NCBI GenBank assembly: GCA_951406725.2
Contig: OX597821.1
Span: 76,260,001 to 76,324,000 of the forward strand
Reading direction: 5' to 3'
DNA: 64,000 nucleotides
From: Octopus vulgaris
Taxonomy: Eukaryota
Part shown: piece by piece, positions 38,372 to 53,094 of the stretch
How positions within the stretch are numbered: the first letter of the stretch is position 1
How the letters are laid out: every line of letters begins with the position of its first letter
Position numbers and translations under genes: made by a program
The notes under the pieces: generated by a model
Seen by the model: the letters and a program-made list of their open reading frames with translations, nothing else
Database searches by the model: none
What the model was told of the DNA's origin: nothing

Positions 38372-41180
38372 GAAGCTAGATACTCACTCAAACACATCAA
38401 ACAGGAGTACCACCACCCAAACAAACCTTGTGGATAAATAACATCCAAAACAAAATTTAAAAAATGAGAAAACATCTGTCGATTCTTAATGAAATCAGCA
38501 GACAATCAACGCTACTGAGCAACAAAAAGAAAACAAAAATACTCCGCAAATACAACATCACAGAAAAAGATTTACCTGAGATAAAAGAAAAGCTAAAGCA
38601 AGATATCCTTGCCAAAGCACAAAGGATCCGCCGGTACGAGAAACGCCAGCGCTTCTTTGAACAAAACAAAAAGTTCAACTCCAACCCCAAAAGTTCTACC
38701 AAGAACTTGGCAAAAATAAAATAGAAATCACGGCAGCACCAACGGCAGAGTAAGTGGAAGAATTCTGGAGAGAAATATGGTCGGTGAACAAACAACCAAA
38801 AAAAAGGAGTATTAAAACAACAAACTCAGCATCTGAGCAACTCTGGACCCCCATAACAACTTAAGAGGTCACCCAGGCACTGCAAAGACTAAGCAACTGG
38901 AAGGCACCTGGGCATGACAAGATCCCCAACTTCTGGTTGAAATATCGAACAGGAATGCACAAAAAGCTGGCTGAAAACTTTAACAACATACTAGCAGAGC
39001 CAGAGACAATGCCTGAATGGCTCACGAAGGGAAAACCATCTTAATTCCCAAATCAAATGAGACAGCAAAACCAGAAAACTACAGACCAATAACCTGTCTC
39101 CCTACTATGTACAAGGCATTTACTGCAATGATATCGCAAAGATTGAACAAGCACCTGGACGAAAACAACCTGTTTCCAGAAGAGCAGAAAGGATGCCGCA
39201 AAGGCTCATATGGCTGTAAAGATCACCTAATGATTAATAAAGCCATAACTGAAGACAGCCACAGAAAGAAGAAAGGCCTCAGTATGGCCTGGATCGACTA
39301 CAAAAAGGCGTTTGATAGCATCCCCCACACATGGATCCTCGAAACACTAGCCATTAACAAAGTAGCACCAACAATTATAAAACTCATAGGACACTCTATG
39401 AATAAATGGCAAACAGTGCTACAGCTCCAAACAAAAGAGGGACTCATGAAGACCAAAGACATCCCCATTAGAAGAGGAATATTCCAGGGAGACACGCTCT
39501 CTCCACTCCTTTTCTGCTTGGCACTGTCACCTCTATCTGATATGCTAAATAGAACTGGATGCGGATATAAATGTTACGGCAAAACGATCAGCCACCTTTT
39601 ATATATGGATGACCTAAAACTATACGCTGCAAATGACAAACAGCTGGAAACACTATTAAAGACAGTTCATGGATTTACCAAAGAAATAGATATGAAATCT
39701 GGATTATAAAAATGCGCCAAAGTAACCCTGAAGAGGAAAACTAGTTAAGAGTAACAACATCACACTAGATAAAACCAATGAAATAAAAGAATTTGACCAA
39801 AGCCAAACTTACAAATACTTAGGAATCCATGAACTAGATAAGACACAACACACACAAATGAAAGAGAAAATTAAAAAAAGAATATTATAGACGAGTTAGA
39901 TCAATACTAAAAACAGAGCTCAATGCTAAAAACAAGGTAATAGGTATTAACACTTTAGCTGTCCCAGTTATAAGTTACAGCTACAATATCCTTAACTGGA
40001 CACGAAATGAACTGACCAAAATAGATAGGAAAACAAGAAAAATACTGACAGGATCTAGGATGCATCACCCAAAATCTGACATAGAAAGACTATATATACA
40101 ACGTATAGAAGGTGGTAGAGGCCTTATACAGCTGGAAAACTACTATAAAATAACCACCATAGGACTGCAAAAATATCTACTTCAGAAGGAAGGAAAACTG
40201 ATACAAATAGCGGCAAAACACGAGCAAAACAAAAAACTGTGCTCAGTATTTAAGGAAGCTGACAAATACAAACAAGAAAGCATACCACCTAATAAATATG
40301 AAGAAGAAGAAGAAGAAGAAGAAGAAGAAGAAGAAGAAGAAGAAGAAGAAGAAGAAGAAGAAGAAGAAGAAGAAGAAGAAGAAGAAGAAACAACAAATGA
40401 AATCCAAACTAAAACTAGAACACAAAGAACCATGATAAAACGATGGCAAGAAAAGCCCCTTCATGGTAAATACTGGACTAAACTAAATGCAAGAGAAATA
40501 TAACAAGTAACTGCAGAATATGTGGAGATGGGCAATAAACAATAAATCATATTATCTCTGGCTGCCCAGTCCTGGCTAAGAAGGAATATATTCACAGACA
40601 TGACAGAGTTGGAACCTACATACACTGGAAGCTATACCAACATTATGGAATAACAACAGAAAAAAGATGGTTTAGGCACACACCAGAAAAGGTCACAGAA
40701 AACGAGAAAGCAACCATACTCTGGGATATGCCGATACACACAGATAGAGAAATTAAGGCCAACAGACCAGATATAGTTGTCAGAGATCATGAAGGAAAAA
40801 AATGCTTTCTAATTGATGTATCAATACCGGCAGATGACAACATGTCTCTAAAAGAAATGGAGAAACTTTCAAAATACAAAGACCTGGAAATAGAGGAAAC
40901 CAGAATGTGGAATCTAAAAACAAAAACAATTCCTATCATAGTAGGTGCATTAGGCATGAAAAGAAAATATTCAGACAAATACATAACAAAAACACCAGGA
41001 CTTACAAACACATATAACATACAGAAAATTGCACTACTAGGCACTGCACACATCCTACGCAGAACACTTTCCATACAATAACCATCAGAGCATCACAACA
41101 AATCACAGCACATATCCAAGGCACACAGAGCTGCGCTCGGTAATGAAGTGAAAGCACGCTATAAAAATAAAACTACTGAA
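37765..41180 (+). mobile_element. R4/Dong-like RLE non-LTR retrotransposon in (TAA)n, disrupted ORF
   Basis: RT in ORF 39017-39709 (NYRPITCL, EQKG, IDYKKAFDS, GIFQGDTLSPLLF, HLLYMDD); CCHC knuckle at ~40510-40565; RLE RPD..D..KY in ORF 40728-41081; (AAT)n on both sides. Treating 37765-38310 as its 5' region is inference. Confidence 0.9.
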
Positions 41181-41182
41181 TG

Positions 41183-41254
<72 letters not shown>

Positions 41255-41640
41255 GCCAGACAGTCTTAATTGAAAAAGAAAACAAACTATTCTGGATCAT
41301 AGATATAGCATGCCCAGCTGACAATAAAGTATGCGATAACGAAGAAAGAAAAGTCGATCGATATGACAGGTTAGCTTGGGAAGTTAACCAGTTGTGGTCG
41401 ATGAAAAAGTTTGTAGTAGTATCAATAATTGTAGGAGTGCTGGGAACAGTGGGTAAAAATCTCGAGAGGTACGTGGAACAAATAGGGGCTGAAATAAGTG
41501 TAGAGCACTTGCAGAAAACAGCACTGCTTGGAACAGCTCGAATACTCCAGAAGGCGCTCGAAAAATAAGAGGTGTTACCTTAGTTCACTGGTAGTGAACA
41601 GCTGACACAGTAGTACATCTCCAGCGTTAGAAGATGGGCA
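41255..41640 (+). mobile_element. 3' RLE fragment of a second R4/Dong-like subfamily
   Basis: Open frame VLIEKENKLFWIIDIACPAD...IIVGVLGTV...LQKTALLGTARILQKALEK* at ~41262-41568, directly after (AAT)n. Confidence 0.85.
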
Positions 41641-41688
41641 AAGGCAATGATAATAATAAAAATGAGGATGATGATGATGATGATGATG

Positions 41689-41723
<35 letters not shown>

Positions 41724-41919
41724 GAAAAGAAGGCATCGCAGGTGCGATGCATACCCTGCGTGCAGATAAATATTTTCGCAAATTGTAGAGTGGTTTACAA
41801 TGCTTTTTTAATTGAACTGAATTAAGTTTTTCTTCAGTATCACCATTATAGTTATTTATACTTCGGGGAAGTTAAGAAATCAACTCGTAAATAAACGATA
41901 CACTCGAATCCATCACTAT

Positions 41920-41967
<48 letters not shown>

Positions 41968-42312
41968 AGTCACATATGTATGTCTATCTGTATGTATGTA
42001 CCCACACGTGTCTACGCGAATAGGTACACCATGATCTATACACAGTCAGACGAGGGTCGATTCATATGAAAAAGGAAGTGAACAAAATATTATGACCACT
42101 TGCTTATCGGGAAGTATGTAAGTTCAATTTAATTTTTTTATTTTATTTTTAGATAATCAAAGCAAATGTTCATTATTTTATGCCACTCACCCAATGAGTA
42201 TTTCTGCCAAAAGTGGAGAAAATTCATTCTGCCTTTTTCCAGTAATTTGGCAAACACACAGGCAAACAAAGATGAATGATTACAATACCCGGCTTTGGCT
42301 TACCCGCAAAGA

Positions 42313-42379
<67 letters not shown>

Positions 42380-42449
42380 TAATAATAATAATAATAATAA
42401 CCACAACAACAACAGCCACAACAATAACAACAACAACAACAACAACAAC

Positions 42450-42487
<38 letters not shown>

Positions 42488-42509
42488 TAATAATAATAAT
42501 AATAATAGT

Positions 42510-43600
42510 AATACATTGGATACAAATTCTATGGTTAAGTCAATGAATCATCTTTCGTATATGGCTGATTTCAAAATATATACTGCAGATGGTAAACAAG
42601 CCGGAACACTGCCTCCGACAGTACACGGGTGGATTAAAAAAATCGATATGAAATTCAGTTTAGAAAAATGTGTCAAGGCGTTCTTGCAGAAAGGAAAATT
42701 CATTAAAAATATTAATATTATAGGCGTATGAGTGGGTGTGTGGTAAGTAGCTTGTTTACCGACCACATGGTTCAGGGTTCAGTCCCACTACGTGGCACCT
42801 TGGGCAAGTGTCTTCTACTATAGCCTCGGGCCGACCAAAGCCTTGTGAGTGGATTTGGTAGATGGAAACTGAAAGAAGCCCGTCGTATATATGTATATAT
42901 ATATGTATGTGTTTGTGTGTCTGTGTTTGTCCTCCCAACATCGCTTGACAACCGATGCTGTTGTGTTTACGTCCCCGTAACTTAGCAGTTCGGCAAAAGA
43001 GACCGATAGAATAAGTACTAGGATTACAAATAATAAGTCCTAGGGTCGATTTGCTCGACTAAAGGTGGGGCTCCAGCATGGCCACAGTCAGATGACTGAA
43101 ACAACTAAAAGATTAAAAAGAGTAAAGAGTATTGTGCATATAAAGAATCTTAGAGGAAAGAAATAGACCAAACAAATACTTAGGAAGAAAAGTTTAGGAA
43201 AGAGTAGTATAGATGCATCAAGTCAATTACTTAATTGTAATTATTTAAGCGATTACTAAATACAAAAAAATAGATGATAGGCATCAATATTCTGGTTCCC
43301 TTTGTAATAAGTTATAGTAAAAATATTTTTAGTTGAACGCTAAATGAAAACAGGAAAACAAAGAAAATAATGACTGGATTTAGAATACATCAACTAAAAT
43401 CTAAGACAGGAATATTTTATATTTCACGAATAAAATCCATAGGGCCCTTATGCAAATAGAAAATTATTATAGAGTATCCAGTGTACTATTGCAAAAATAT
43501 CCAGTAGAGAATCATGGAAAATTAATTCAAACAGCAATAAAACATGAACAAACTAAAAAACAAACTGTTTTCTTTCTTCAAATGAGCCAAAAAATACAAA
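42510..43600 (+). mobile_element. Old R4/Dong-like RT fragment split by a SINE
   Basis: HLSYMADFKIY...DMKFSLEKC after (AAT)n; 43130-43600 resembles 39780-40260. Confidence 0.7.
42722..43130 (+). mobile_element. Full-length tRNA-derived SINE family A (CORE-like, LINE-type 3' tail)
   Basis: A-box-like tgtgtggtaag, B-box ggttcagtccc, CORE-like ccttgggcaagtgtctt, internal microsatellite, 3' ccagcatggccacagtcagatgactgaaac. Confidence 0.85.
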
Positions 43601-44235
43601 ACAGAAGTTGCCATGAGAAATTGTAATGAAGAAAAAAGTGAAACGGTGATAGAAATTGTCGATCAGCTAAACTCTAAAACTGGCCAGCAGAATGCCGCGA
43701 TAAAGTAATGCCCAAGCTTCTAAGGAAAATCACAAGATTAGCTAAAAACTGCAACACTCAAAGCAGAGACCATAAGTCATCAATGAAACAATACAATAAC
43801 CACGTAATGTGCGGAAATTAGAAAAAAACAATTAAACCCAGTTTTTAGGTGCCAGATCTTAACCATGTAAGAAAACATCTATAGAAACGATAGAGTTGCG
43901 ACTTGCATGCACTGCAAGTAATGCCGGTACTATGAAATACCAACATAAAAGAGATGGCCTGAGCATTCACCAGAAAATGTCTCTGTGAAGGACAAAGTAG
44001 CCAATGTCTGGGGCATGCCAATTCGCACAAAAAGTCAGACCAAAGCTACTCGACAACATACATTCGGAGAACCTACTCTGAGCATGCGCCTGTAGGTTGA
44101 AAAATTGCGGAGAAGAGAGAAATACTCGCTATGGTGTTCCTCGTGAGCAGAGTGAGACGGGTTCTATTGCATTTCTCGATTACCTTAGAAACCTTCTGAT
44201 GTCAGGAGAATCATATATTCATCATCCTGTTAATA

Positions 44236-44434
44236 TTGTATACTCTATTTACATTATTTACGTTATTTACATTTGACGGATATTTGTCCTCATCTTGTTT
44301 GTTGTTCATACAACGTTTCGGCTGGTATACCCTCCAGCCTTCATCAGGTGTCTTGGGGAAATTTCGAACCTGGGTTCTCATTCTTAAGGTATTTTTCGAT
44401 GTTGTTGTTTTTGTTGTTGTTGTTGTTGTTATTG

Positions 44435-44483
<49 letters not shown>

Positions 44484-44650
44484 TATTATATTTATCATCA
44501 TTATTCAAGATACCTGATGAAGGCTGGAGGATATATCAACCGAAATGTTGTATTAACAACAAACAAGATGAGGACAAATATCCGTCAAATGTAAATAATG
44601 TAAATAATGTAAACAATGTACATAATTCCTCATCTCTTAAATATAGAACC
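44236..44650. mobile_element. Fold-back element with an HHR in each arm and a (GTT/ATT)n spacer
   Basis: ~44247-44355 inverted vs ~44506-44613. HHR on minus 44307-44352 (gacac-CTGATGA-aggctgg..ccagcc-GAAA-CG-TT) and on plus 44509-44554. Confidence 0.9.
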
Positions 44651-44667
44651 GGATTGTATACTCTGTT

Positions 44668-45020
44668 AAGGCGGCGAGCTGGCAAAAACGATAGCACGCC
44701 GGGCGAAATGCTTACCCGTATTTCGTCTGCCGCTACGTTCTGAGTTCAAATTCCGCCGAGGTCGACTTTACCTGGGATCGATATAATCGACTTGATCCGT
44801 TTGTCTGTCCTTGTTTGGCCCTCTCTGTGTTTAGCCCCTTGTGGGTAGTAAAGAAATAGGTATTTCGTCTGTCTTTACGTTCTGAGTTCAAATTCCGCCA
44901 AGGTCGACTTTGCCTTTCATCCTTTCGGAGTCGATGAATTAAGTACAAGTTGCGTACTGGGATCGATCTAATCGACTGGCCCCCTCCCCCAAAATTTCGA
45001 GCCTTGTACCTAGAGCAGAA
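44668..45020 (+). mobile_element. SINE family B tandem dimer
   Basis: Two gtatttcgtctg...gttctgagttcaaattccgcc units; junction at ~44860. Confidence 0.85.
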
Positions 45021-45038
45021 AATAATATTGTATACTCT

Positions 45039-45280
45039 GTAAGAGGTTCGATCAATAAGTATCCGGACTGTTGCATTAGTATCGAAGCTATAGCAAGCAG
45101 AGTGAATCTACACGGCAGAGATTGACCTCGATCTCTGCTGTACATGTGCACTAAGTTTTAACGTTGTGACTCACTTCCGCTGTTTACAGCAGTACTTGGA
45201 AGGAAGGTGTGTAGCGTGTGATCGTCGCATTGACTATGACAGAGAAAGTTGTCATGGCGATACCTGCTCATCAGCAGGTA
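45039..45280 (+). mobile_element. Mariner left-end fragment
   Basis: Reverse-complement homolog of 6345-6577. Confidence 0.65.
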
Positions 45281-46099
45281 TCCAATTTCTTTAGTATCCA
45301 CTCTGTTATCATATAGCATTACAAGACCTATGATCTTACATTGTTTGTTTCTTTTGTCATCTACAAGCAGTAGTGTGGCCAATACTTACGAGGGAGTCCT
45401 GTAGAGTCCAGTAATTCTTATTTTCTATCACAGCATCTGATTCGTGTGTTAATACCATTTTCCTGTTATTTCGAAGCCCTCGTGCCAACACATTATTTTA
45501 CCGACATGATCATGCCTGCGCTTAAACTCCTTTTGTGTTAGATTCCTACCTTCACTCAAGAGACAGTTGATACTTTAGTTTCCTTTCCCACAGATTATTA
45601 ATTTGTTTATAAGTCTTATCAATCTTTGCTGTTATCATATTCATCCAAATGGTTTGCTCCTGTGCGGAAGGACCTTTAATTATTGCTTTGGTGTCCCGTT
45701 TCAGGTCTTCCCCAGCCAGCCACAATCAGCATTCTTTGCTTCCCATATCCTCGGTTTGCTGCAAGAACTGGCCATGTAATTCCATTTCTTTCCATCTGCT
45801 TACTCTGTTGTTCTCCCTTCAGTTCTTGAAGTCTCCTGTCTCAATAATGTTTTACTCTTTGGACATTTGTAGCCGCTGATAGTATTCTTTCTTCGCTATG
45901 TTTAACATAGATTTTCAAAGACAACATCGAAGTACTAGCGATATCTTCTGCGTTTAGAAATCTTCTATTTTTTCCTTTCTTGATATGGTGGTACATGCTG
46001 TATAGCTGTCTGGTTCATCTATTTATGAGTAACCACGGCATGCACAGTCCTCCAAGCAACAGATGTTGATAACAAATAGGCTGTCTGACTAGCAGAACC

Positions 46100-46900
46100 C
46101 GACCACTTTACAGAAAGCCGGAAGGCAGGCGCATCATTCTAGCCATCCATGAGAAAAGAGTAAGGCACGCGGGTCAGACGGCACTACTTAACGGATGTAA
46201 TGCAGGCATTCGTCGCCTCAGCCTGGCTCTTCAAGGATAGTTTTCTGTTGGTCCATTTCAACAGAGGGCTAATCGCGCCATACTGTTCCTCACTTCTTCC
46301 CAAATCTTGTGCACCTTGAGGACTAGACATAACTAATCCACGTACTGTTTAGCCAGTCCGTCCGTACAGTACCCCACAATACTTTTAGACGGCATGGACC
46401 TGCCTCTCCAGATGCCGAGTTGCGGTCCCACCGCCTTTTAGATAATATTTGCTCGTTACCACTTCATGATGTTACCAATCACTTCGATGCGTTTGGCGCT
46501 CCGCACTATTACGGCAACGTCGTCAGCAAACGCAAACAAGAGTCCTCTACATTCTATATTTCGCAGGATTGCCCTCGAATCCTCCAACTGTTGCTGTTGT
46601 GGTTCAAGGATCAGTACAAAAGGGGCGAGAAGGCACCCTTGATAGACCAAACGCATGAAAATGAACGATTCCGACAGGTGATCAGTTCTGCTGACCAACA
46701 TGCAAATATCGCAGTACATTGCAGCAATCCAGCTTCTGAAGATAAATCCTATTGTTTGTGTCTGCATTGAATGGCTGTCACTATAAGGTAACCAAACACC
46801 TATAAATAAGAGGGCAACGCTACTTTCCACTGTTGTGACGCATGCATTTGTTGTTTGCGGCTTGATGCATTGTGTCTGCAGCTTTCAAGCTCAAATGCCT
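46100..46900 (-). mobile_element. Decayed L1/Tx1-like RT fragment
   Basis: ORF 46456-46830 has QGCLLAP..LILEP and FAFADDV. Confidence 0.7.
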
Positions 46901-47568
46901 CTGTAGTGGCCACAAATATTTCAGTACTGGTGATGGGGATACGAACCAGGAACTCGTTGGCCGATATGCCGGTTATACTAACTTCGGCTTTTCATTACGA
47001 TACTAACGTTTAAGAAAACAAAAAAGAAACTGTAAGTATATATATATATATGTATATATATATGTGTATATATATATATATGTGATTGCATTTGTATGTG
47101 TATGTATGCATATATGTGTGTATGTATGTGTGTCTATGTGTCTATGTATATATATAGTAGAAACAGACAGCAGTTGGAGAAAAAATATAAAAGAAAACTA
47201 TGGTTGAGAACAAATGCCAACTCTGTAAACCGACAAACAGAATTATATGTTCACCACGGGGGACATTGGCAAGTTTTCAGTGACCAACAACGAATTTATG
47301 CAGCAGTTCGTTCATTCCAAGCACATTATAGGATCCGCTTCAATAAACATCCGCGTAAAAAATGCTAATCAACCTGTTTTAGTTTATTGTTGAGGGCTGA
47401 GTTATTTATATCCTGCAAAATATTTATCGCAGTTGTTACTCAACACTGAAAGTTGTTAGTGCCAAAGGTACAGGGGACCAGATATTAGTGTCATTTTACC
47501 TTCTGCCCAACCACTTAAATATAGCATAAATGCGATCTGCTAAACTTTTTTGTAACAAATGTTTATTT

Positions 47569-47644
<76 letters not shown>

Positions 47645-49852
47645 CTGCCCAGTCGTTCAGACGTCGTCCACTTACTTTATTGTCGTCCCCACGATTTAGT
47701 CAACTGCCCTAGCATAGTTGTATAGCTGCTGCATATAATTACGGAATAAAATAATTCTCTTATACCATTTGAATTACATACAAATGGGAGTGGAGCAGTA
47801 GGAGGTCGATATGTCTACGCTTGTTTCTTTCTCTTCCTTTTTCAGTTTCCTCCATTTCCTTCTTTATTCATTTGCTAAATAATTCATTCTGTCTTATACA
47901 GTGCAACATGTTGTATGGGGATTAAACTTTTAATATCCCTTACAACTTCAGGGTTTCTTAAACAGTATATATTAGTTCCTTTCTAATATAAGGGGACCCA
48001 AGCTGAACACTGTGAGTTAGCCAAACATCCTTTAAGTACATAGTAATCTCGCTCTTTTTATTTATTTATTTTTTTCAACAGTAAGCCATAACTTAGATAC
48101 TACACATGGTACCTATTTGTATCTAGTTGAATGAAGCCGAGGAAAATTGTTTTAACGAATGACACAGAAGTGTTTTACAGGGGGAAACGAGTAATCATCC
48201 TGCTGGACTGCAGTCTAACCCCTATCTACTCGATCTGCTGGACTAAAGACACGAAAGTGATGAAAAGGAAACACGTTAAAATCTGGAGCATATGAGTCTG
48301 TTTCAAATTATACCCGGATTGACTCAGCCCATTATCGCTTGTGGGTCCAAATGTATTAATGAGACATGGCCTAAGTCAACTGTATCAGTTGTTATTTGAA
48401 TATGAGGCAGTTCACACCCAAGCATTGAAATCCAACATGATTTGTCTCTTGACAACAAGTCCTAAAATAGATCATTAATCCATTCACGAGGGGGTAGGCA
48501 TACCATGTTATTCACTGATTTAGTCTCTCTCTAATAAACCTCTGGCTTGATTCACGAACAATGCTTCTAATATGAATTGCATCGTCAGTCTCTGTATTTT
48601 ATTATATAATAGTACCAATACTTCTCAAAAAGACGAAGGGCCATGACCATTTTTCTGTTTAGGGAGTATCAAGAATTACGTTATCCTACTACGGCCTTCT
48701 TGTTTAAAATAGCAGGATTTCATTCGAGAGACATTTGGATGCAGGTTCTACTCGTATTGGCGACCAAGTAAGCGTTCCTTTGTCTTTACTAGATTTATGA
48801 AACAATTAACACAGGATAGGAACAATTCATAACAATAATCAACAGCAGTGCTGTGGATTCAGTATGATGTATGATAGCAGGGCCTCTCCAAGCAGATACA
48901 TCCAAGATCCACTGCGTAAAGATAGTGTTCTTCCCCCCTCTTTACAACAGACTCTATTAAGGAAGTTGCCATAATTTACAATTCAGAAGTATTGCTCACA
49001 ATCAGTAATGTGTTCATCTCATCAACATATTGTTTGAGGAATGAAAGGTAAGAAAAACCAGACGTTAGAGATGTGTATTTTGAAGCACAATTACTTAGAA
49101 TAATAACAATGTGGTGGTGGCAGATGTATTGTCGTTTAAAACACGTGGACCTGTTGATTTCTCAATTATCATTTAACTTTAAGTTTTAGGAAATACTAAC
49201 AGTAATGCCGGTAGAATAAGGTTTGTGTTTCTGTCATCTAAAGTTTTCTCAATGATGCATCTAATGTGACAAAGTATAACTATTACCAGTAAGAGTTATA
49301 TGTCTCTAACGAAACGTATAACCGAAGTTCATGCAGTGATAGAAAAAAGACGATCTTCTAGAAGATACAGAAGCACGAAGCAGTCTCAGTGACACCCCAG
49401 ATTACATCTTCAGCTCTACGGTGTTCAGTTATCGGCTACATGGAAGGCACTGAAGAATAGCACTCGAGATATTGATTGGAAAAAACACTTCTGTACGGTG
49501 TTGAGATGGAAGACGACTTTTAAAGGATTCAGGGCAACATATTTCCGTTTTATTCCTAAGAGAGCAAAGGAAACAGAAGCCATAGAAGACGATATTCACA
49601 TTTGGTTGGAAGACAAAGAAAGTGAGGACCGACAGCAGGTAAGACAACGCACGATTGCCTAAGAAACACTGACTGATATACGAAAATCCCTTTATAATGT
49701 TATTTTGTACAATGACTTACCAACAGAAGCAGATATTCCAGAATATTATCAACATTTTAGAGAATTAAGAAAGTTCAGAGTCCGAAAGAAGCAACAGTAA
49801 GGTAAGTAGTCAAAACTCGATTATTAATTTTCCAAACTAATTTGTTCTACAG

Positions 49853-50031
49853 TTCTATATTAAAAAGAGGTGAGAAATTATGTACATCATTTATGTTATT
49901 TACATTCGACAGATATTTGTCCTCATCTTGCTTGTTGTTAACACAACGTTTCGACTGATATACTCTCCAGCCTTCTTCAGGTGTCTTGGGAAATTTCGAA
50001 CCTGAGTTCTCACTCCTAAGGTATTCTGCGA

Positions 50032-50096
<65 letters not shown>

Positions 50097-50245
50097 ACAC
50101 CCGATGAAGGCTGGAGGGTATATCAGCCGAAATGTTGTGTTAACAACAAACAAGATGAGAACAAATATCCGTCAAATGTAAATAATGTAAATAATAAGTG
50201 CCGGATTAGCCATTGAATTCCACATCTATTAAATATAGAACTTCA
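49853..50245. mobile_element. Second copy of the double-HHR fold-back element
   Basis: ~49888-49988 inverted vs ~50093-50195 with (ATT)n spacer. HHR on minus 49940-49985 has an intact core; plus 50096-50141 has CCGATGA. Confidence 0.9.
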
Positions 50246-51549
50246 AAATATATATTGTATATTTTTTATATACTCACATATTTACAAAATTTTCTATAAT
50301 TTTGATATTGTTTACCATATTCAGCGTACAGCATATATATTTCTGATAGAGAATATTAAATGTTTATATGAGTTTCCATCATATACATGCATACAAACAT
50401 ACATACTTACATATATGCATTTATACATACATGTGTGTATGTATATACGCGAATATATATGCGTGTGTTTGTGTATGCAAACATACATACATACATACAT
50501 ACATACATACATACATACATACATACATACATACATACATACATACATACATACATACATGAATATAATGTGTATAAGTTACTGTTTGCGGGTATAAATT
50601 TCTAAATGGTTATACATTTAAACAGGCAATACTACAAATAATATGGCTGTCTAATCTTGAGAAGAATCAAAGAAAAACAACTGATAAAAAGACCCAATAT
50701 AACTATTAAGCAGAAAACATTCTAAGATATATATATAAATTTAATATCTTCCCCCGCTGCTCTTGTCTATTTTCTTCAGCAGATATCATAAAGTCCTCCC
50801 TCGAATCAATTTAATACAGTCGCTTGCCATCTCCACGATGGTGAATTCTGTCAACATCTTTTCCATCCAGTAATGATGTGCATAAAAGGGAAACATCTCT
50901 GACGATTTGAAATTAAACCTTCATTATTTATTTTGCTTTATCTAAAACATAAGTACCGTTTGTTAATGAAAAGTACGTAAGATGTTGTGAATATCTCATA
51001 AACAATCTCTCGTGTTTTTATTTTGTTTTCTTATACATGCATATATATGCACACATGCATACCTAGTTATTTATATACATACATGTCTGTGAATATATAT
51101 ATGTGTGTGTATGTGTGTGTATACACACACATATATATATATTCACAGATATGCATACATAGTTATATATATACATACATTATATATATATACATAAATA
51201 TATATGTATATATAAATATATAGACACCTAAAATATATATGAGAATATATATGGATATGTATATATATATATATATAGATATATATATATACATGTGTAT
51301 AAATATATATATGTATATATATATATATATATGTATGTATATACATACGTACATATTTGTGTGGGTGTGCGTGTGTGTATGTGTGTGCGTGTGAGTGTGT
51401 GTGTATGTGTGTGTGTATGTGTTATATATTTTTGGTGAAAATGAAGAGTATTGTTCATCCATAATGCTTGGTATCATTATTGTAGTAATACGGTAACTGG
51501 ATACTCTTATATACATATATATATATATATAAATATATATATACATATG

Positions 51550-51586
<37 letters not shown>

Positions 51587-51597
51587 GTATAAATATA

Positions 51598-51679
<82 letters not shown>

Positions 51680-51693
51680 AATATATGTATGTA

Positions 51694-51810
<117 letters not shown>

Positions 51811-52105
51811 ATATGTATATATGCGTATGCATGTACGATTAGCGGGTCGTGTCCAAAGTGGAGTACTGTCTTCAATGATTTTGTTGTTAATATCGCTTCC
51901 TTCCCTAGGATTTATTTCAGGCTGATTCATATTTGTCGATCGCTACTTGTCGAACCGCTCGAACCTGCGTTTTGGCTTGCATAAACAATATCAAGTACAA
52001 ACTCATATACACACGCTCATACACACATACACGCTCACATATTAGTACCTATTGATAGGCATATGCATATATGCGTGTGTATGATATCTAAGCATTTATA
52101 TAAGA

Positions 52106-52502
52106 AGCGCCGGATTAGCCATTAAACAAAAGAGGCACGTTATTCGGGCACCAAGGGAAGAGCGTGCCACAGAAATGGAAAACAGCTTACGGAACTAAAG
52201 AAATCATTTCAAAAAAGCCAAATTGTATTCGAAGTGGTTTATGTGATCGGAAATATAATTTCGAAGAGTTCATGTGGTCATGGTGAGGATTTTGATCAAA
52301 GACTTTGCAATTAAAATAAGTAGGAGAAAACTGTTCAAATATAAATAAAGCGGAAATATTCAAAAAATATGCATTACATTTACTTTTGTCTCATTTCGAA
52401 TTATAAAAATATATTTTATGGTTTCTCGTTGTTTACAGTTTTAATTACAAATATATAGCGGCATCGAAATCTTAGGGCCTACACGGCTCTTGACCCAGCC
52501 CT
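52106..52502. mobile_element. Possible hAT-type MITE
   Basis: agcgccggattagcc ... gacccagccct imperfect TIRs around an AT-rich interior. Confidence 0.4.
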
Positions 52503-52794
52503 TTATATAAGTATTGTCGATTTCGTACTGACAGAGATTTCTGGTTTTGCCAGGCAGTTTATTCAACGAGTTTTAATATGTCTCAGACAATTTGAAATTT
52601 ATAATTTGACTCACATCTCGGTAACATCTCTCCTCATCAGTAAATGTTCCCTCAATTTTTACACTCGCTTTTAATTAATAAATTTAAATAAATGAATGCA
52701 TGCATACGTATATACATACACACACACATATATGTGTGTGTATGTATGCATATATATATATACATATATATATGTATGTATGTATATATGTATG

Positions 52795-52825
<31 letters not shown>

Positions 52826-53044
52826 GTATATATATGTATATATACATATTTATATATACGTATATATACATATATATATGCATAGGTATATAAATATATA
52901 TATGTATCATGTATGTATATATGTATATAACACTACATATATATGTACATATGTAATCCTCTTTACGTATAAACGTATCTACAACCCTATATATATATGT
53001 AGGAAGAGATAGGGAGAGTGAGACAGAGAGAGTGAGAATGACAG

Positions 53045-53094
<50 letters not shown>

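Noticed and set aside
40300-40390. Poly-Glu tract in ORF 40060-40503
   Set aside because: A (GAA)n expansion inside a disrupted retrotransposon, not evidence of a functional acidic domain.
47290-47345. HHR-like TTGAAGC...GAAC-TGCTGCA-TA on minus; also CCGATGA at ~54200
   Set aside because: Several core mismatches or a missing GAAA half; too degenerate to call.
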